Shown here piece by piece: positions 17,601-27,258 of a DNA stretch of 64,000 nucleotides. How positions within the stretch are numbered: the first letter of the stretch is position 1; each line of letters begins with the position of its first letter. The position numbers and the translations under genes are program-made. Source of the DNA: Tepidisphaeraceae bacterium (lineage in GTDB: Bacteria; Planctomycetota; Phycisphaerae; Tepidisphaerales; Tepidisphaeraceae); contig JBEKPV010000004.1 in the NCBI GenBank assembly GCA_049520395.1, positions 4,672 through 68,671 on the forward strand. The letters run 5' to 3'. The notes under the pieces are model-generated. The model saw nothing but the letters and a program-made list of their open reading frames with translations, did no database searches and was not told where the DNA came from.

Positions 17601-18310
17601 TCGGCGAAACGCTTGGTGAAGAGCAACTCGCGTTTCCAGGTGCGCGGGGGGAGGAGGACTTTTTCCAGATCGATGCGCGCGGTTTCGAGGGCGACCTTTT
17701 GCTGCGTATTGATCGCGGGGAACTGATTGGGGCGGCAGATCACGCTGCCGCCGCCGTCGGCCTGGGCGACGGTGGCGATGTAGCCGATGTATAGCCCGGC
17801 GGCCTGGCTGAGTTTGAAGCTGAGGTTGATCCAATCCTTGAATTGCTGGGGCCCGCCGGATTCCACGACGGCCATGCGAAGATGTTCGCAGAGGAATCGG
17901 CTGTCGGCGGGGACCTGGGTGCTGTCGCACCAGGGATCGTCGCCGATGATGATGACGGCTCCGCCCTGTGCGTTGGCGCCGGCGAGATTTCCCAGGGCCA
18001 GGGCGTCGGAGGCGACGTGCGCGCCAACGCTTTTGAACGTGGCGATGGCGCGGGCGGCGACCATCTGACTGCCGTTGACGGCGGCGGCGGCGAGGGCTTC
18101 GTTGTTGGCCTGATAGGCGCGGACCCCATTGGTTGTCAGGAGATCGCGCAGGTCGCCCAGGCAATCGAAAAATCCGGCAACGGGGGAGCCTGGGTAGCCG
18201 GTTAAAAGATGGACGCCGCCTTCGGTTTCGAGGGCGCCTTTGATGAGCAGTTCGTTGCCGGTAAAAATTTCACGGCCGGAATCGGCCAGGAAGCGCGGGT
18301 CGGTCGCCAT
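14630..18310 (-). CDS. Indolepyruvate ferredoxin oxidoreductase family protein (fused alpha/beta, about 1226 aa)
   Basis: N-terminus FTGNELLIKGALE...GYPGSPV, the TPP region FCPGCPHR...GDTGCYT...GGGTGSGIDPF...FMGDGTFFHSG, Cys clusters, and a C-terminal beta-like domain. ATG 18310 is preceded by GGAAGGA and preferred over the track start at 18358. Confidence 0.85.
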   Translation of the reverse strand: MATDPRFLADSGREIFTGNELLIKGALETEGGVHLLTGYPGSPVAGFFDCLGDLRDLLTTNGVRAYQANNEALAAAAVNGSQMVAARAIATFKSVGAHVASDALALGNLAGANAQGGAVIIIGDDPWCDSTQVPADSRFLCEHLRMAVVESGGPQQFKDWINLSFKLSQAAGLYIGYIATVAQADGGGSVICRPNQFPAINTQQKVALETARIDLEKVLLPPRTWKRELLFTKRFADTMRVARQLGINKIIPHDKSAEPAPIGFIVTGMAGPYLNHVLSDLGMLGLFPILQMGLSYPADAQLVQEFSALCRNMIVIEERRSFLEKNIRDEAFHVLPHAEAAELTSRLFGKTFPGGHEGIPETRGLNYSVLAQKLIPLFQDMEEIPAPRRNGRLSAEIHRLRAASKPKLEVFNKKVVARTPTFCPGCPHRDSSAALLEIRQNFADPAYMSRKHNMGTVDLVAHGDTGCYTMLMFAPTEQLMHNYSGMGLGGGTGSGIDPFITNKQLVFMGDGTFFHSGQIAISNSIKANQDIAYIILENKTTAMTGHQEHPGTELDVLGNHSYIQDIEQIVRAMAGTSPLTVVKLSPADRTNYKAALEKAILAGGVKVVIADKECGITYNRKQFRQERQIIKDFGYLPKKTHMNITPEVCENCLECTKATACPGLTTLETDYGKKIDTDLTWCVNDGACERVRTSNEIAESVKPCPSFEQVTVIRHKRRRYTLPNMDLARLPEPKKVHDMTEPGKIWRVHMSGVGGMGIGVVGAILVRAGHKEGYHVAFQDKKGLAIRNGGVFSQITFVNHSESSPGSPPTSGSIPYGKADLLLGIDVLEAARAIDPREQFRIASPEHTAAVLNLHKQPTVYTLLGKEDFDPEVLREEILEHCNPQLSYAANWAEICERRLGSKQFVNILMLGVAYQLGLIPVSTRSVAWAIKDTIRRDHRKNVKAFNIGRKLALEPHALPKKPQPETWEQLVTNKIRVLRKTRLWGAIVSRRYEKLVVSSIKQMRSLPDPAKYDLALRIYDVAQYQDFAAARRYIESVRGIYKRDRAERGFAATVAAIWNLAKVTLIKDEPYVAYLLTRYEKRQRDLVKYNIDTLNGDRLRYRHHTNPEFNLGKRRIRFRITTSDWQLQIVRCMKWWRRLPGWHHREVAFRDWYTDLLDRVNLSDDASYDQALLALKSPEEVTGYREVRYPKMERARAAAEAALTPELVPSASQIEPPAVTASPAA

Positions 18311-18627
18311 AATCAGTCTGTCCTTCCGCGGGCCCGTTGTTTGAACTCCGGGCGGCATGGCTTATCCCGAATGAACCGGGACAGGGGATGCCGATTTCAC
18401 CACGGCGTAAGAGACTCTTGGCCCCGGCGGGATTTCATGGCCAGCCGAGGCCGTGCCCCACATCCGTTATCGGACGCGCTGGGCATTGACAGTGAAAATT
18501 GTACCCTGCCAGACTGGCAAGTCCATGCAAATGCGGGAATCGTGCGGAAAAGCGCTGTTTCGGGCTAAAAAAAGGGGAACGCGGAGACGGCGGGGAAACG
18601 CAACTAGGCCCGAGGGGAAAGTTCGCG

Positions 18628-20113
18628 TCAGAAAAGCTGGATCACGGGGCCCAGGTCGCTTGAGCCGCGGAGGAACGCATCGACGCCTCGGGCGGCTTGG
18701 CGGCCTTCACTGATGGCCCAAACAATCAGGCTTTGGCCGCGGCGATTGTCGCCGGCGGCGAAGACGCCGGGGACGTTGGTGGCATAGTTGGCGTCGCAGA
18801 TGATGTTGCCGCGATTGTCCAGTTTGATTCCCAATTGCTCGATGGGGCCTTCTTTTTCGGGATGAACGAAGCCCAGGGCGAGGAGGCATAGATCGCAGGG
18901 GAGGTCGAATTCGCTGCCGGGGGTTTCTTTCATGGTGTGTTTGCCGTGTGCGTCGCGGGTCCATTCCAGGCGGACGGCATGCAGTTTTTTCACGTGGCCG
19001 TTTTCGCCGGTGAAGGCTTTGGTGTTGATCGAGAAATCGCGGATTTCGCCGCCGGCCAAGACGTTGGCCTCCTCATGCGCGCCGCTGGTGCGGAAAATCG
19101 TCGGCCAGTAGGGCCAGGGCTGGACTTTTCCTTCGACGACGAGGTCGCCGCTGCGCGATTCGGGGGGGCGCGGGAGAAGCTCGAACTGGCGGACGCTCTT
19201 GCAGCCCTGGCGGATGGAGGTGCCGAGGCAATCGGCGCCGGTATCGCCGCCGCCGAGGATGATGACGTGTTTGTCTTTGGCGTCGATCATTTGCTCCTGG
19301 AAGATCTGGTCGCCGAGATTTTTTTTGTTTTGCAGGGGGAGGTAGGTCATCGCCAGGTGGATGCCTTTGAGATCGCGGCCGGGGACCTGGATGTCGCGGG
19401 CCTTGGTGGCGCCGCCGCAGAGGACAATGGCGTCGAAATCGCGGCGGAGTTCGTCCACTTTGATGTTGAATCCGACGTTGGCATTGCAGATGAATTTGAT
19501 TCCCTCGGCCTCCATGATTTTGAGCCGGCGCTCGACGAATTTCTTTTCGAGTTTGAAATTGGGGATTCCGTACATGAGGAGTCCGCCGGGGCGGTCGGCG
19601 CGTTCGAAGACGGTGACGGAGTGGCCGGCCTTGTTGAGCTGAGCGGCGGCGGCCAAACCCGCCGGGCCTGAGCCTACGACGGCGACACTGTTGCCGGTGC
19701 GCGTTTCGGGCGGCTGGGGCTGAATCCAGCCGTTTTCGAAGGCGTGCTCGATGATCGACAGTTCGATATTTTTGATGGTCACCGGCTTGTCGTTGATGCC
19801 CAGGACGCACGCCTCTTCGCAGGGGGCGGGGCAGACGCGGCCGGTGAATTCGGGGAAATTGTTGGTCTTCAGGAGCATTTCCAGCGCTTCGTGCCAGCGG
19901 TTCGTTCCATTCGGGGATGATGTTTCCCAGCGGGCAGCCGTGATTGGAATTGCAGAAGGGGACGCCGCAATCCATGCAGCGGGCGCCCTGCTTGCGGAGC
20001 TTGTCTTCGGGGAGATCGAGATAGACCTCGTTCCAGTCGGCGAGGCGCAGCTTGACATCGCGCCGTTTAGGCATTTCGCGGGCGATTTCCTTGAATCCGG
20101 TTGGTTTTCCCAT
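18628..20113 (-). pseudogene. gltD: Glutamate synthase small subunit (NADPH), reading frame broken near 19900
   Basis: The N-terminus [19 protein letters not shown]...[26 protein letters not shown] is in one frame (track ORF 19073..20113). The rest, [28 protein letters not shown]...[14 protein letters not shown]...[24 protein letters not shown], is in the +1 frame (track ORF 18628..20058). The junction reads gaatggaacgaaCcgctggcac. Confidence 0.8.
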
Positions 20114-20125
20114 GGTTTTTTAGTG

Positions 20126-20419
20126 TTAAGCCGTTCGCCTCGAAGGCGAAATTCGCAGTCTCTTCTTGTCCGCCGCGATCGCCTCTTCTTCCAGCGGGGT
20201 CATGGTCAGAATGAACGAAACCTTGTGGCGGTCTTCGGAGTTCGGCAAGGAATTGATCGCATTGCGAAGTTTGACCTGCCGGTCAATTTGGGCCATCCCA
20301 TCGAAACCATCCCAAACCAAGCTGCCCCCGATTTGTCCATCCTGTTTCGAGAGATGGACTTTTGAGCGCGGGAAAGTCTTGGCGATGATCCGCTTGACGT
20401 TGGCGATCATTTTGTCCAC
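20126..20419 (-). CDS. Hypothetical 97-aa protein (weak BolA/IbaG-like pattern)
   Basis: The ORF overlaps the end of the HEPN-like gene by 13 nt. The pattern [25 protein letters not shown]......[12 protein letters not shown] loosely recalls BolA-type proteins. No firm family assignment is possible. Confidence 0.4.
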   Translation of the reverse strand: MDKMIANVKRIIAKTFPRSKVHLSKQDGQIGGSLVWDGFDGMAQIDRQVKLRNAINSLPNSEDRHKVSFILTMTPLEEEAIAADKKRLRISPSRRTA

Positions 20420-20883
20420 TGCATCACTCCAAGTTGCACGAGTTCAACTGCTCCGGATGAAAGCCTGCGCGCCAGTTCCTTCACAGCGTCGCCTTTAACT
20501 CCTCGATCCAATCCGCGTCTCTTGATGTAGGTGCGAATCGCATTTTCAGAGCAAAACCGGTGGCTGTTTTGCCACCCGAGAATCATATCGACCAGCGCCG
20601 CGTCAAATCGAGTTCGATCGGCGCTAGGAATCAACCCGGGAAACCCTGCGTCGCGCGAAAGAGCCTCAAGCGAATGATCCGATCGGAACGCCAATCCTTT
20701 CTGCGCTCGAAACGCCCGGAAGAGGCATTCGGCGGCCAGCCCCGCTACGTAAATTGTCAACACTTACCATTGGTTATCATACAGCGTGGATAACGCCCCG
20801 GCATGTTGCCGGGCAGCATCCAGATAAATGTTGGCCTCATGCCGGGGATCGCGGCCTGGTGATTTCCTGGCCGAAGACTTCAT
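20407..20883 (-). pseudogene. HEPN-like domain protein interrupted by one in-frame TAA (20764..20766)
   Basis: ATG 20883 overlaps the gltB TGA (ATGA). The two track ORFs 20764..20979 and 20407..20763 are in the same frame, separated only by TAA, which is immediately followed by GTG. The joined product ...EANIYLDAARQHAGALSTLYDNQW*VLTIYVAGLAAECLFRAFRAQKGLAFRSDHSLEAL... fits a HEPN helix-1 / helix-2 / H-x-L-x-x-L layout. Confidence 0.5.
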
Positions 20884-23800
20884 GCCTGTCTTTGGGCAAG
20901 CTTCTTGGCCCTTTCCTCCACTTCCTTCTGATGCTCCAGCACGCGGCGGTAATCGATCGGCATCACTTTGACGAACCATTTAATTTCGTTGTCGAAGTCG
21001 TCCAGGATCGCGCCGGCGACGGGGCTGGACGTATATTTGCGGTGGTTTTCGAGCAGACGGCGCAGCGTATGAATATCGTCGGGGCGGTCGGGGCGTTCGA
21101 GTTCGACCATTTCCAGGTTGCATAGGTCTTTGAATTGGCCGGAGGTGTCGTGGACGTAGGCGATTCCGCCGGACATGCCGGCGGCGAAATTTCTGCCGGT
21201 GGGGCCGATGACGACGACTCGGCCGCCGGTCATGTATTCGCAGCCGTGATCGCCGCAACCTTCGACGACGGCATGTGCGCCGCTGTTGCGGACGCAGAAG
21301 CGTTCGCCGACGACGCCGCGGAGATAGATTTCGCCGGTGATCGCGCCGTAGCAGATGACGTTGCCGGCGATGATGTTCTCCTCGGGCTTAAAGGTGGATT
21401 GCCTGGGCGGGTAGATGATGATTTTTCCGCCGGAGAGGCCCTTGCCGGCGTAATCGTTGGCGTCGCCTTCGAGTTCGAGCGTGACGCCGTGGGAGAGGAA
21501 GCAGCCGAAGCTCTGGCCGGCCGAGCCGTTGAACTTGAAGTGGATGGTGCCGTCCGGGAGGCCGGTGTGCCCGTGACGCTTGGCGATTTCGCTGGAGAGA
21601 ATTGTGCCAACGGTGCGGTTGACGTTTTGGATGGTTAGTTCGGAATAGACTTTTTTGCCTTCCTCGAGCGCGGGTTTTGCGATTTCGAGGAGCTTGTTGT
21701 CCAGGGCGGCGTCGAGGCCGTGATCCTGCTTTTGCACGTTGCGGATAGCGACCTTGGGGCCGGTTGGGGGGCGATAGAGCACGACGGACAAATCGAGGGA
21801 TTTGGCTTTCCAGTGCTGGCTGACGTCCGTGAATTCGAGGCGCTGGGATTGGCCGACCATCTCATCGAATTTTCGGAAACCGAGTTCGGCCATGTAGCGG
21901 CGGACTTCCTCGGCGATGAAGAACATGAAATTGATGACGTGCTCGGGCTTGCCGGTGAATTTTTTTCGAAGCTCGGGGTCCTGGGTGGCGATTCCGACGG
22001 GGCAGGTGTTGAGATGACAGACCCGCATCATGATGCAACCGGTGGCGATCAGCGGCCCGGTGCTGAATCCAAATTCCTCGGCGCCGAGCAGCGCGGCGAC
22101 GACGACATCGCGGCCGGTTTTGAACTGTCCGTCGGTTTGCAGAACGATGCGGCCGCGCAGGTCGTTCATGACCAGGGTTTGCTGGGTTTCGGCGACGCCG
22201 AGTTCCCAGGGGAGGCCGGCGTACTTGATGCTGGTGAGCGGGCTGTTGCCGGTGCCGCCGCTGTCGCCGGAGATGAGAATGTGATCCGCTTTGGCTTTGG
22301 CGACGCCGGCGGCGACCGTTCCGACGCCGACTTCGCTGACGAGTTTCACGCTCACCCGCGCCTCGCGGTTGCTGTTTTTCAGATCGTGGATGAGTTGCGC
22401 CAGATCTTCGATGGAATAGATGTCGTGGTGTGGCGGCGGGGAGATCAATCCGACGCCGGGCGTGGAGTGGCGGATTTTTCCGATGTATTCGTCGACCTTA
22501 TTGCCGGAGAGCGCGCCGCCTTCGCCGGGCTTGGCGCCCTGGGCCATTTTGATCTGAAGCTCATCGGCGTTGATGAGGTATTCGGCGGTGACGCCGAAGC
22601 GCGCGGAAGCGACTTGCTTGATGGCACTGCGGCGCCAATCGCCGTTGGCGTCGCGTTTGAAACGTTCGGGGTCTTCGCCGCCTTCGCCGGTGTTGCTTTT
22701 GCCGCCGATGCGGTTCATGGCGATGGCGAGGGTTTCGTGGGCTTCCTTGCTGATGGAGCCGAAGCTCATGGCGCCGGTGACGAAGCGTTTGACGATCTCG
22801 CTGGCGGGTTCGACTTCGTCGAGCGGCACGGGCTGGGCGTCCTTCTTGAATTTGAGCAGACCGCGCAGGGTGCAGCGGTGGCGCGATTCGTCGTCGACCA
22901 GCTTGGTGTATTCCTGGAAGGTTTTGAAGCCGTCGATGGGTTTATTGATTCCGACGCGGACGGCATGCTGCATTTTGGCGATGGTGTCGGGGTTCCACAT
23001 GTGGTATTCCCCGTCGCGGCGGTATTGATAGAGGCCGCCGCTTTCCAGCACCTGGCCGTTGACGCGGATGGGCGGGAAGCCATGGCGGTGGCGCATGAGC
23101 GATTCGCGGGCGATGACGTCCAGGTCCACGCCGTTGATTCGATTGGCGGTTCCGCAGAAATATTTGTCCACCAGCCGGCTGCTTAAGCCGATGGCTTCGA
23201 AAATCTGCGCGCCGCGATAGCTCTGGACGGTGCTGATTCCCATCTTGCTGGCGACTTTGAGGATCGCCTTGTTGGCGGCCTTGAGATAATTCTTCTTGGC
23301 GGATTCGAGCGTGAGTTCCGCCGGGAACATGCCGTCTTTGTGCAGGTCTTCGATGGTTTCCATCGCCAGATAAGGATTGACCGCGCCGGCGCCGAAGCCG
23401 ATGAGCAGGCAAAAGTGATGCGATTCGCGGGCTTCGCCGGTTTCGATCACCAGGCCGCATTGGGTGCGGGTTCCCTGGCGGATGAGATGGTGATGGACCG
23501 CCGCGGTGGCGAGCAAACTGGGAATGGGGGCGTGATCAGAATCCACGCCGCGATCGGAAAGCACCAGGATCGACGCGCCGTGATGGACCGCCTTGGCGGC
23601 GGCTTCGCACAATTCCTCGACGGCTTTCTCCAAACCCGCTTCGCCCTCGGCTACTTTGAAAACCATGGGCAGCGTCTTGGCGCGCAAATCGCCATGAGCC
23701 ACTTCGCGCAATTTTTCCAAATCGGCATTGGAAATAATCGGATACTTCAGCTTGATCAAATGGCAGTTCTTGGGCACCTCGCTGAGCAAATTCCCTTCGC

Positions 23801-25448
23801 GACCGAGGTAGGTGTAAAGACTGGTGACCAGTTCCTCGCGGATGGCGTCCAGCGGAGGGTTGGTCACCTGCGCGAAGAGCTGGCGGAAATAATTGTAAAG
23901 CAACTGCGGCTTGTCGCTCAGGCAGGCCAGCGGGGTGTCCGCCCCCATGCTGCCGACGGCTTCCTGTCCGGTGATGGACATCGGCATCATGAGAATCTTC
24001 AAATCTTCCACCGTGTACCCGAAGGCGTGCTGCCGAACGCGCAGCGTTTGCGAATCCGCCTCGATGGTCTTCCGCGGCGCGGGAAGATCGTCCAGGGGAA
24101 TCATGTATTCCTTGAGCCAATCTTTCCACGGGCGTTTCTCAACGAGGTCGCGTTTGATTTCGGTGTCGTCGATGATGCGGCCTTGTTTGAAGTCGATCAG
24201 GAAAATCTTGCCGGGCTGCAATCGCCATTTCTTGACGACGTTGCGGGGATCGACGGGGAGGACTCCGACTTCGCTGGCCATGATGACCAGGTCGTCCTTG
24301 GTGACGTAATAGCGGCTGGGGCGGAGGCCATTACGATCGAGGACGGCGCCGACCTGATGGCCGTTGGTGAAGACGATGCTCGCGGGACCATCCCACGGTT
24401 CCATCAGGCAGGCGTGATATTCATAAAAGCTCTTGAGTTCCTCGTCCATCTTGTGGTTGTTCTGCCATGCCTCGGGGATGAGCATGAGCATGGAATGCGC
24501 CATTTCGCGGCCATTGAGCGTGAGGAACTGGAGGGCGTTGTCGATGGTGGCGGTGTCGGAGCCGCTTTCGGTGAGGATGGGGAACATTTTCTGGAGTTCG
24601 TCGCCGAAGACGTCGGATTGGAGGGAGCCGTACCGGGCGCGCATCCAATTACGGTTGCCGCGGAGGGTGTTGATCTCGCCGTTGTGGGCCAGGTAGCGAT
24701 ACGGGTGGGCACGGTCCCAGGAAGGGAACGTGTTGGTGCTGAAGCGCGAGTGCACGACGCCGAGGGGCGATTCGAAATCGGGATCGGAGAGGTCCGGGAA
24801 ATACTGGCGGACCTGATGGGCGGTCAGCATTCCCTTGTAGATGATGCGGGTGGCGGAGAGGGCGCAGATATAAAACATATTGCGCGCCGTTTCGGGAAGG
24901 TTGCTGAATTCGACGCCGTTTTCGGCGCGCTGGCGGACGAGATAGAGGCGCCGGTCGAAATCCTGGCGGTTGTAAAAGGTGTTTCCCATCCCCACGAAGA
25001 TTTGGCGGATGCGCGGCTCGGATTGTTTGGGGGTTGGGCCGATGTGCTTGTTCTCGACGGGCACATCGCGCCAGCCGAGGACGGTCATGCCATAATCGAG
25101 CACGACCTTTTCCAGCATTTGCTCGCATTCGCGGCGCTGGACCACGTCCTGCGGAAGAAAGATCTGGCCGACGCCAAATTGCCCCAGCGGGGGCAGAGTG
25201 ATCCCCAGGCTTGCGCATTTTTTGCGCAGGAATTTTTCCGGAAGGCGGGTGAGGATGCCGGCTCCGTCGCCGCTGTCCGGTTCACAGCCGCAGGCACCCC
25301 GATGATTCATGTTTTCCAGCATCTGCAACGCCTGTAAGACGATGCGGTTACTGGCTTTGCCTTTGATATGGCAAAGAAACCCGACGCCGCAGGCGTCGTG
25401 TTCAAACTGTGGATCATACAAGCCCACGGGGGGGCGCTGGTCGCTCAT
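20880..25448 (-). CDS. gltB: Glutamate synthase large subunit
   Basis: N-terminus [24 protein letters not shown] (amidotransferase Cys), with central FMN and C-terminal GXGXG domains readable throughout ([32 protein letters not shown]). ATG 25448 is preferred over the track start at 25496. Confidence 0.95.
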   Translation of the reverse strand: MSDQRPPVGLYDPQFEHDACGVGFLCHIKGKASNRIVLQALQMLENMNHRGACGCEPDSGDGAGILTRLPEKFLRKKCASLGITLPPLGQFGVGQIFLPQDVVQRRECEQMLEKVVLDYGMTVLGWRDVPVENKHIGPTPKQSEPRIRQIFVGMGNTFYNRQDFDRRLYLVRQRAENGVEFSNLPETARNMFYICALSATRIIYKGMLTAHQVRQYFPDLSDPDFESPLGVVHSRFSTNTFPSWDRAHPYRYLAHNGEINTLRGNRNWMRARYGSLQSDVFGDELQKMFPILTESGSDTATIDNALQFLTLNGREMAHSMLMLIPEAWQNNHKMDEELKSFYEYHACLMEPWDGPASIVFTNGHQVGAVLDRNGLRPSRYYVTKDDLVIMASEVGVLPVDPRNVVKKWRLQPGKIFLIDFKQGRIIDDTEIKRDLVEKRPWKDWLKEYMIPLDDLPAPRKTIEADSQTLRVRQHAFGYTVEDLKILMMPMSITGQEAVGSMGADTPLACLSDKPQLLYNYFRQLFAQVTNPPLDAIREELVTSLYTYLGREGNLLSEVPKNCHLIKLKYPIISNADLEKLREVAHGDLRAKTLPMVFKVAEGEAGLEKAVEELCEAAAKAVHHGASILVLSDRGVDSDHAPIPSLLATAAVHHHLIRQGTRTQCGLVIETGEARESHHFCLLIGFGAGAVNPYLAMETIEDLHKDGMFPAELTLESAKKNYLKAANKAILKVASKMGISTVQSYRGAQIFEAIGLSSRLVDKYFCGTANRINGVDLDVIARESLMRHRHGFPPIRVNGQVLESGGLYQYRRDGEYHMWNPDTIAKMQHAVRVGINKPIDGFKTFQEYTKLVDDESRHRCTLRGLLKFKKDAQPVPLDEVEPASEIVKRFVTGAMSFGSISKEAHETLAIAMNRIGGKSNTGEGGEDPERFKRDANGDWRRSAIKQVASARFGVTAEYLINADELQIKMAQGAKPGEGGALSGNKVDEYIGKIRHSTPGVGLISPPPHHDIYSIEDLAQLIHDLKNSNREARVSVKLVSEVGVGTVAAGVAKAKADHILISGDSGGTGNSPLTSIKYAGLPWELGVAETQQTLVMNDLRGRIVLQTDGQFKTGRDVVVAALLGAEEFGFSTGPLIATGCIMMRVCHLNTCPVGIATQDPELRKKFTGKPEHVINFMFFIAEEVRRYMAELGFRKFDEMVGQSQRLEFTDVSQHWKAKSLDLSVVLYRPPTGPKVAIRNVQKQDHGLDAALDNKLLEIAKPALEEGKKVYSELTIQNVNRTVGTILSSEIAKRHGHTGLPDGTIHFKFNGSAGQSFGCFLSHGVTLELEGDANDYAGKGLSGGKIIIYPPRQSTFKPEENIIAGNVICYGAITGEIYLRGVVGERFCVRNSGAHAVVEGCGDHGCEYMTGGRVVVIGPTGRNFAAGMSGGIAYVHDTSGQFKDLCNLEMVELERPDRPDDIHTLRRLLENHRKYTSSPVAGAILDDFDNEIKWFVKVMPIDYRRVLEHQKEVEERAKKLAQRQA

Positions 25449-25560
25449 AAAGGTGTTTCTGGATAGAATGCCGGCAAACAGCGGCCGAATGGGCAATTTT
25501 AGCGATTGCCCGCGTGCTTAACAAATATTTCGATCGGTCGATGCCGTAAATCTACGGACG

Positions 25561-27258
25561 GTGCCTCTTTCAGCGGATTGGTTCTCCAGACAATATCCAG
25601 CCGTGCACAAATTAGTCAACCAAAACCTTCCCCAGACGGCATCCGTGCCTGAATCGGTTCCGGGGGGGGAGGGGTGGGTTTGGATCGCCTGGCTGGGGGT
25701 GGCGGCTGGGATAGCCATTCGTTTCGCCCGGATGGGCCGGCAAAGCCTGTGGATGGATGAGGGATATACGGCCTGGATGGTGACCCATTCCTCGGCCGAG
25801 ATTCTCCGGCTGGTCCGAGCGGATACCGCCCCGCCGCTCTATTACGTGCTGCTGCACCTTTGGACGGGGCCATTTGGGCATTCTGAGGCGGCGTTGCGGT
25901 CGCTGACGGCTGTTTTTAGTTCGGTGACTTTGATTCTGTCCGTCGGAATCGCCCGGCGAATCCTGGTTTCGCCGCCGGCCGTGGCGGCGGCGGTCTGGTT
26001 TTTGGCGATTGGATATCACCAGCCCTATTTCGCGCAGGAGGCGCGTTTCTATGCCATGATGGCGCTGATGCTGGTTGCGGCGGTGGATTGCCTGCAACGA
26101 CATTTGCTTGCCGAGCACCGCCGGTGGCTGATTCCGATTTCGGTGATCCTGGCAACGTCGCTTTATGTTCACAACATGATGATGCCGTATCTGCCGGCGT
26201 TTTTTCTTGCGTGGATGGTGTTTCCTTCCGGGCAGGCGTTCCGCAGGCGGGTTGCGGACATGGGGATCGTTTTGCTTGGGATCGGATTGCTCTACTCGCC
26301 GTGGCTGGTCGGGGGATTGCCGGCGCAAATTCGGCTTATAGGCCATGGATTCTGGGCGACGCGGCCGGAAATTCATGACGTGCTGAATATTGTCATTTGG
26401 GCGTTCGATATGCCGTTGAGGCTGGAGTGGAATCGCACGCTTCAGTTCCTTCATCTTCCGTTCCAGGTCAATTACACGCCGATTGTTGTTGGGGTCGTTT
26501 TGATCGTCGCCTCCCTGGGGGTTTCATTGACCTTCCTGCGCGGCCCGCGGCTTCGCAACGCACTGGGAATGCTTTCGCTGGTTCTGCTGCCCATCACGCT
26601 GGTGACGATTTACAGCCTGGTGCGTACGCCGCTGCTGATCGACAAGGAATTTCTTCCCTCGGCCGCGCTGGCGCCGATGCTGATGTTGCTGCCGTTATCG
26701 ATCCGGTTGCCGCGGCCGGGGCGGCGGGCTGTGATTGCGGGTGTGGTCGTGCTCTCGATTTTTTCGCTGGCCAGTCTGATCGCATACGAATTTACGTTTA
26801 AAAAAGAGGATTGGCGCACGACCGCCCGATACGTTGCCCAACTTCCCCCCATGCGGCGGCTGATCGTTTTCACGGTTAACGACGGGCAACTCCCGTTTGA
26901 ATATTATTGCCCGCCGGGACCGGATCGGGAGATGACGGGTACGCCCGCGGGGTTTTTCGATCGCGATCCGCCGCGGGCGATGCTGCGGGTTTTCAGCACC
27001 AACGATTTGGCGAATCTGCGGCGGCGAATTGCCGAAAACTCGTACGATCAGATCGTTCTGGTGATTTCCCACATCGGCTGGGGTGACGAGAATTGGCTGA
27101 CCTTCAAAATGTTAAACGGCATTTGCCACGAGGAATCGCGCGTGAAATATAGTCCGGGGATCATCGTGATTCTATTTTCGCCGCCGCTGATTCCGGCTCA
27201 CCAACTGACGAGCACGACGGTCGCGTCGTCGGAAAGATTTTCGGTACCGGCGAATTGA
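25561..27258 (+). CDS. Polytopic membrane glycosyltransferase, GT39/ArnT-PMT-like
   Basis: 565 aa with many hydrophobic helices. SLWMDEGYTAWM near the N-terminus resembles the DE motif loop of GT-C enzymes. The soluble C-terminal domain is of unknown type. Confidence 0.6.
   Translation: MPLSADWFSRQYPAVHKLVNQNLPQTASVPESVPGGEGWVWIAWLGVAAGIAIRFARMGRQSLWMDEGYTAWMVTHSSAEILRLVRADTAPPLYYVLLHLWTGPFGHSEAALRSLTAVFSSVTLILSVGIARRILVSPPAVAAAVWFLAIGYHQPYFAQEARFYAMMALMLVAAVDCLQRHLLAEHRRWLIPISVILATSLYVHNMMMPYLPAFFLAWMVFPSGQAFRRRVADMGIVLLGIGLLYSPWLVGGLPAQIRLIGHGFWATRPEIHDVLNIVIWAFDMPLRLEWNRTLQFLHLPFQVNYTPIVVGVVLIVASLGVSLTFLRGPRLRNALGMLSLVLLPITLVTIYSLVRTPLLIDKEFLPSAALAPMLMLLPLSIRLPRPGRRAVIAGVVVLSIFSLASLIAYEFTFKKEDWRTTARYVAQLPPMRRLIVFTVNDGQLPFEYYCPPGPDREMTGTPAGFFDRDPPRAMLRVFSTNDLANLRRRIAENSYDQIVLVISHIGWGDENWLTFKMLNGICHEESRVKYSPGIIVILFSPPLIPAHQLTSTTVASSERFSVPAN

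Noticed and set aside
20134-20150. Hairpin ttcgcct-cga-aggcgaa just upstream of the gltD start, considered as a terminator separating the inserted cassette from gltD.
   Set aside because: It lies inside the last codons of the 97-aa ORF. The stem is only 7 bp. On the transcribed (minus) strand it is followed by an A run rather than a U run.
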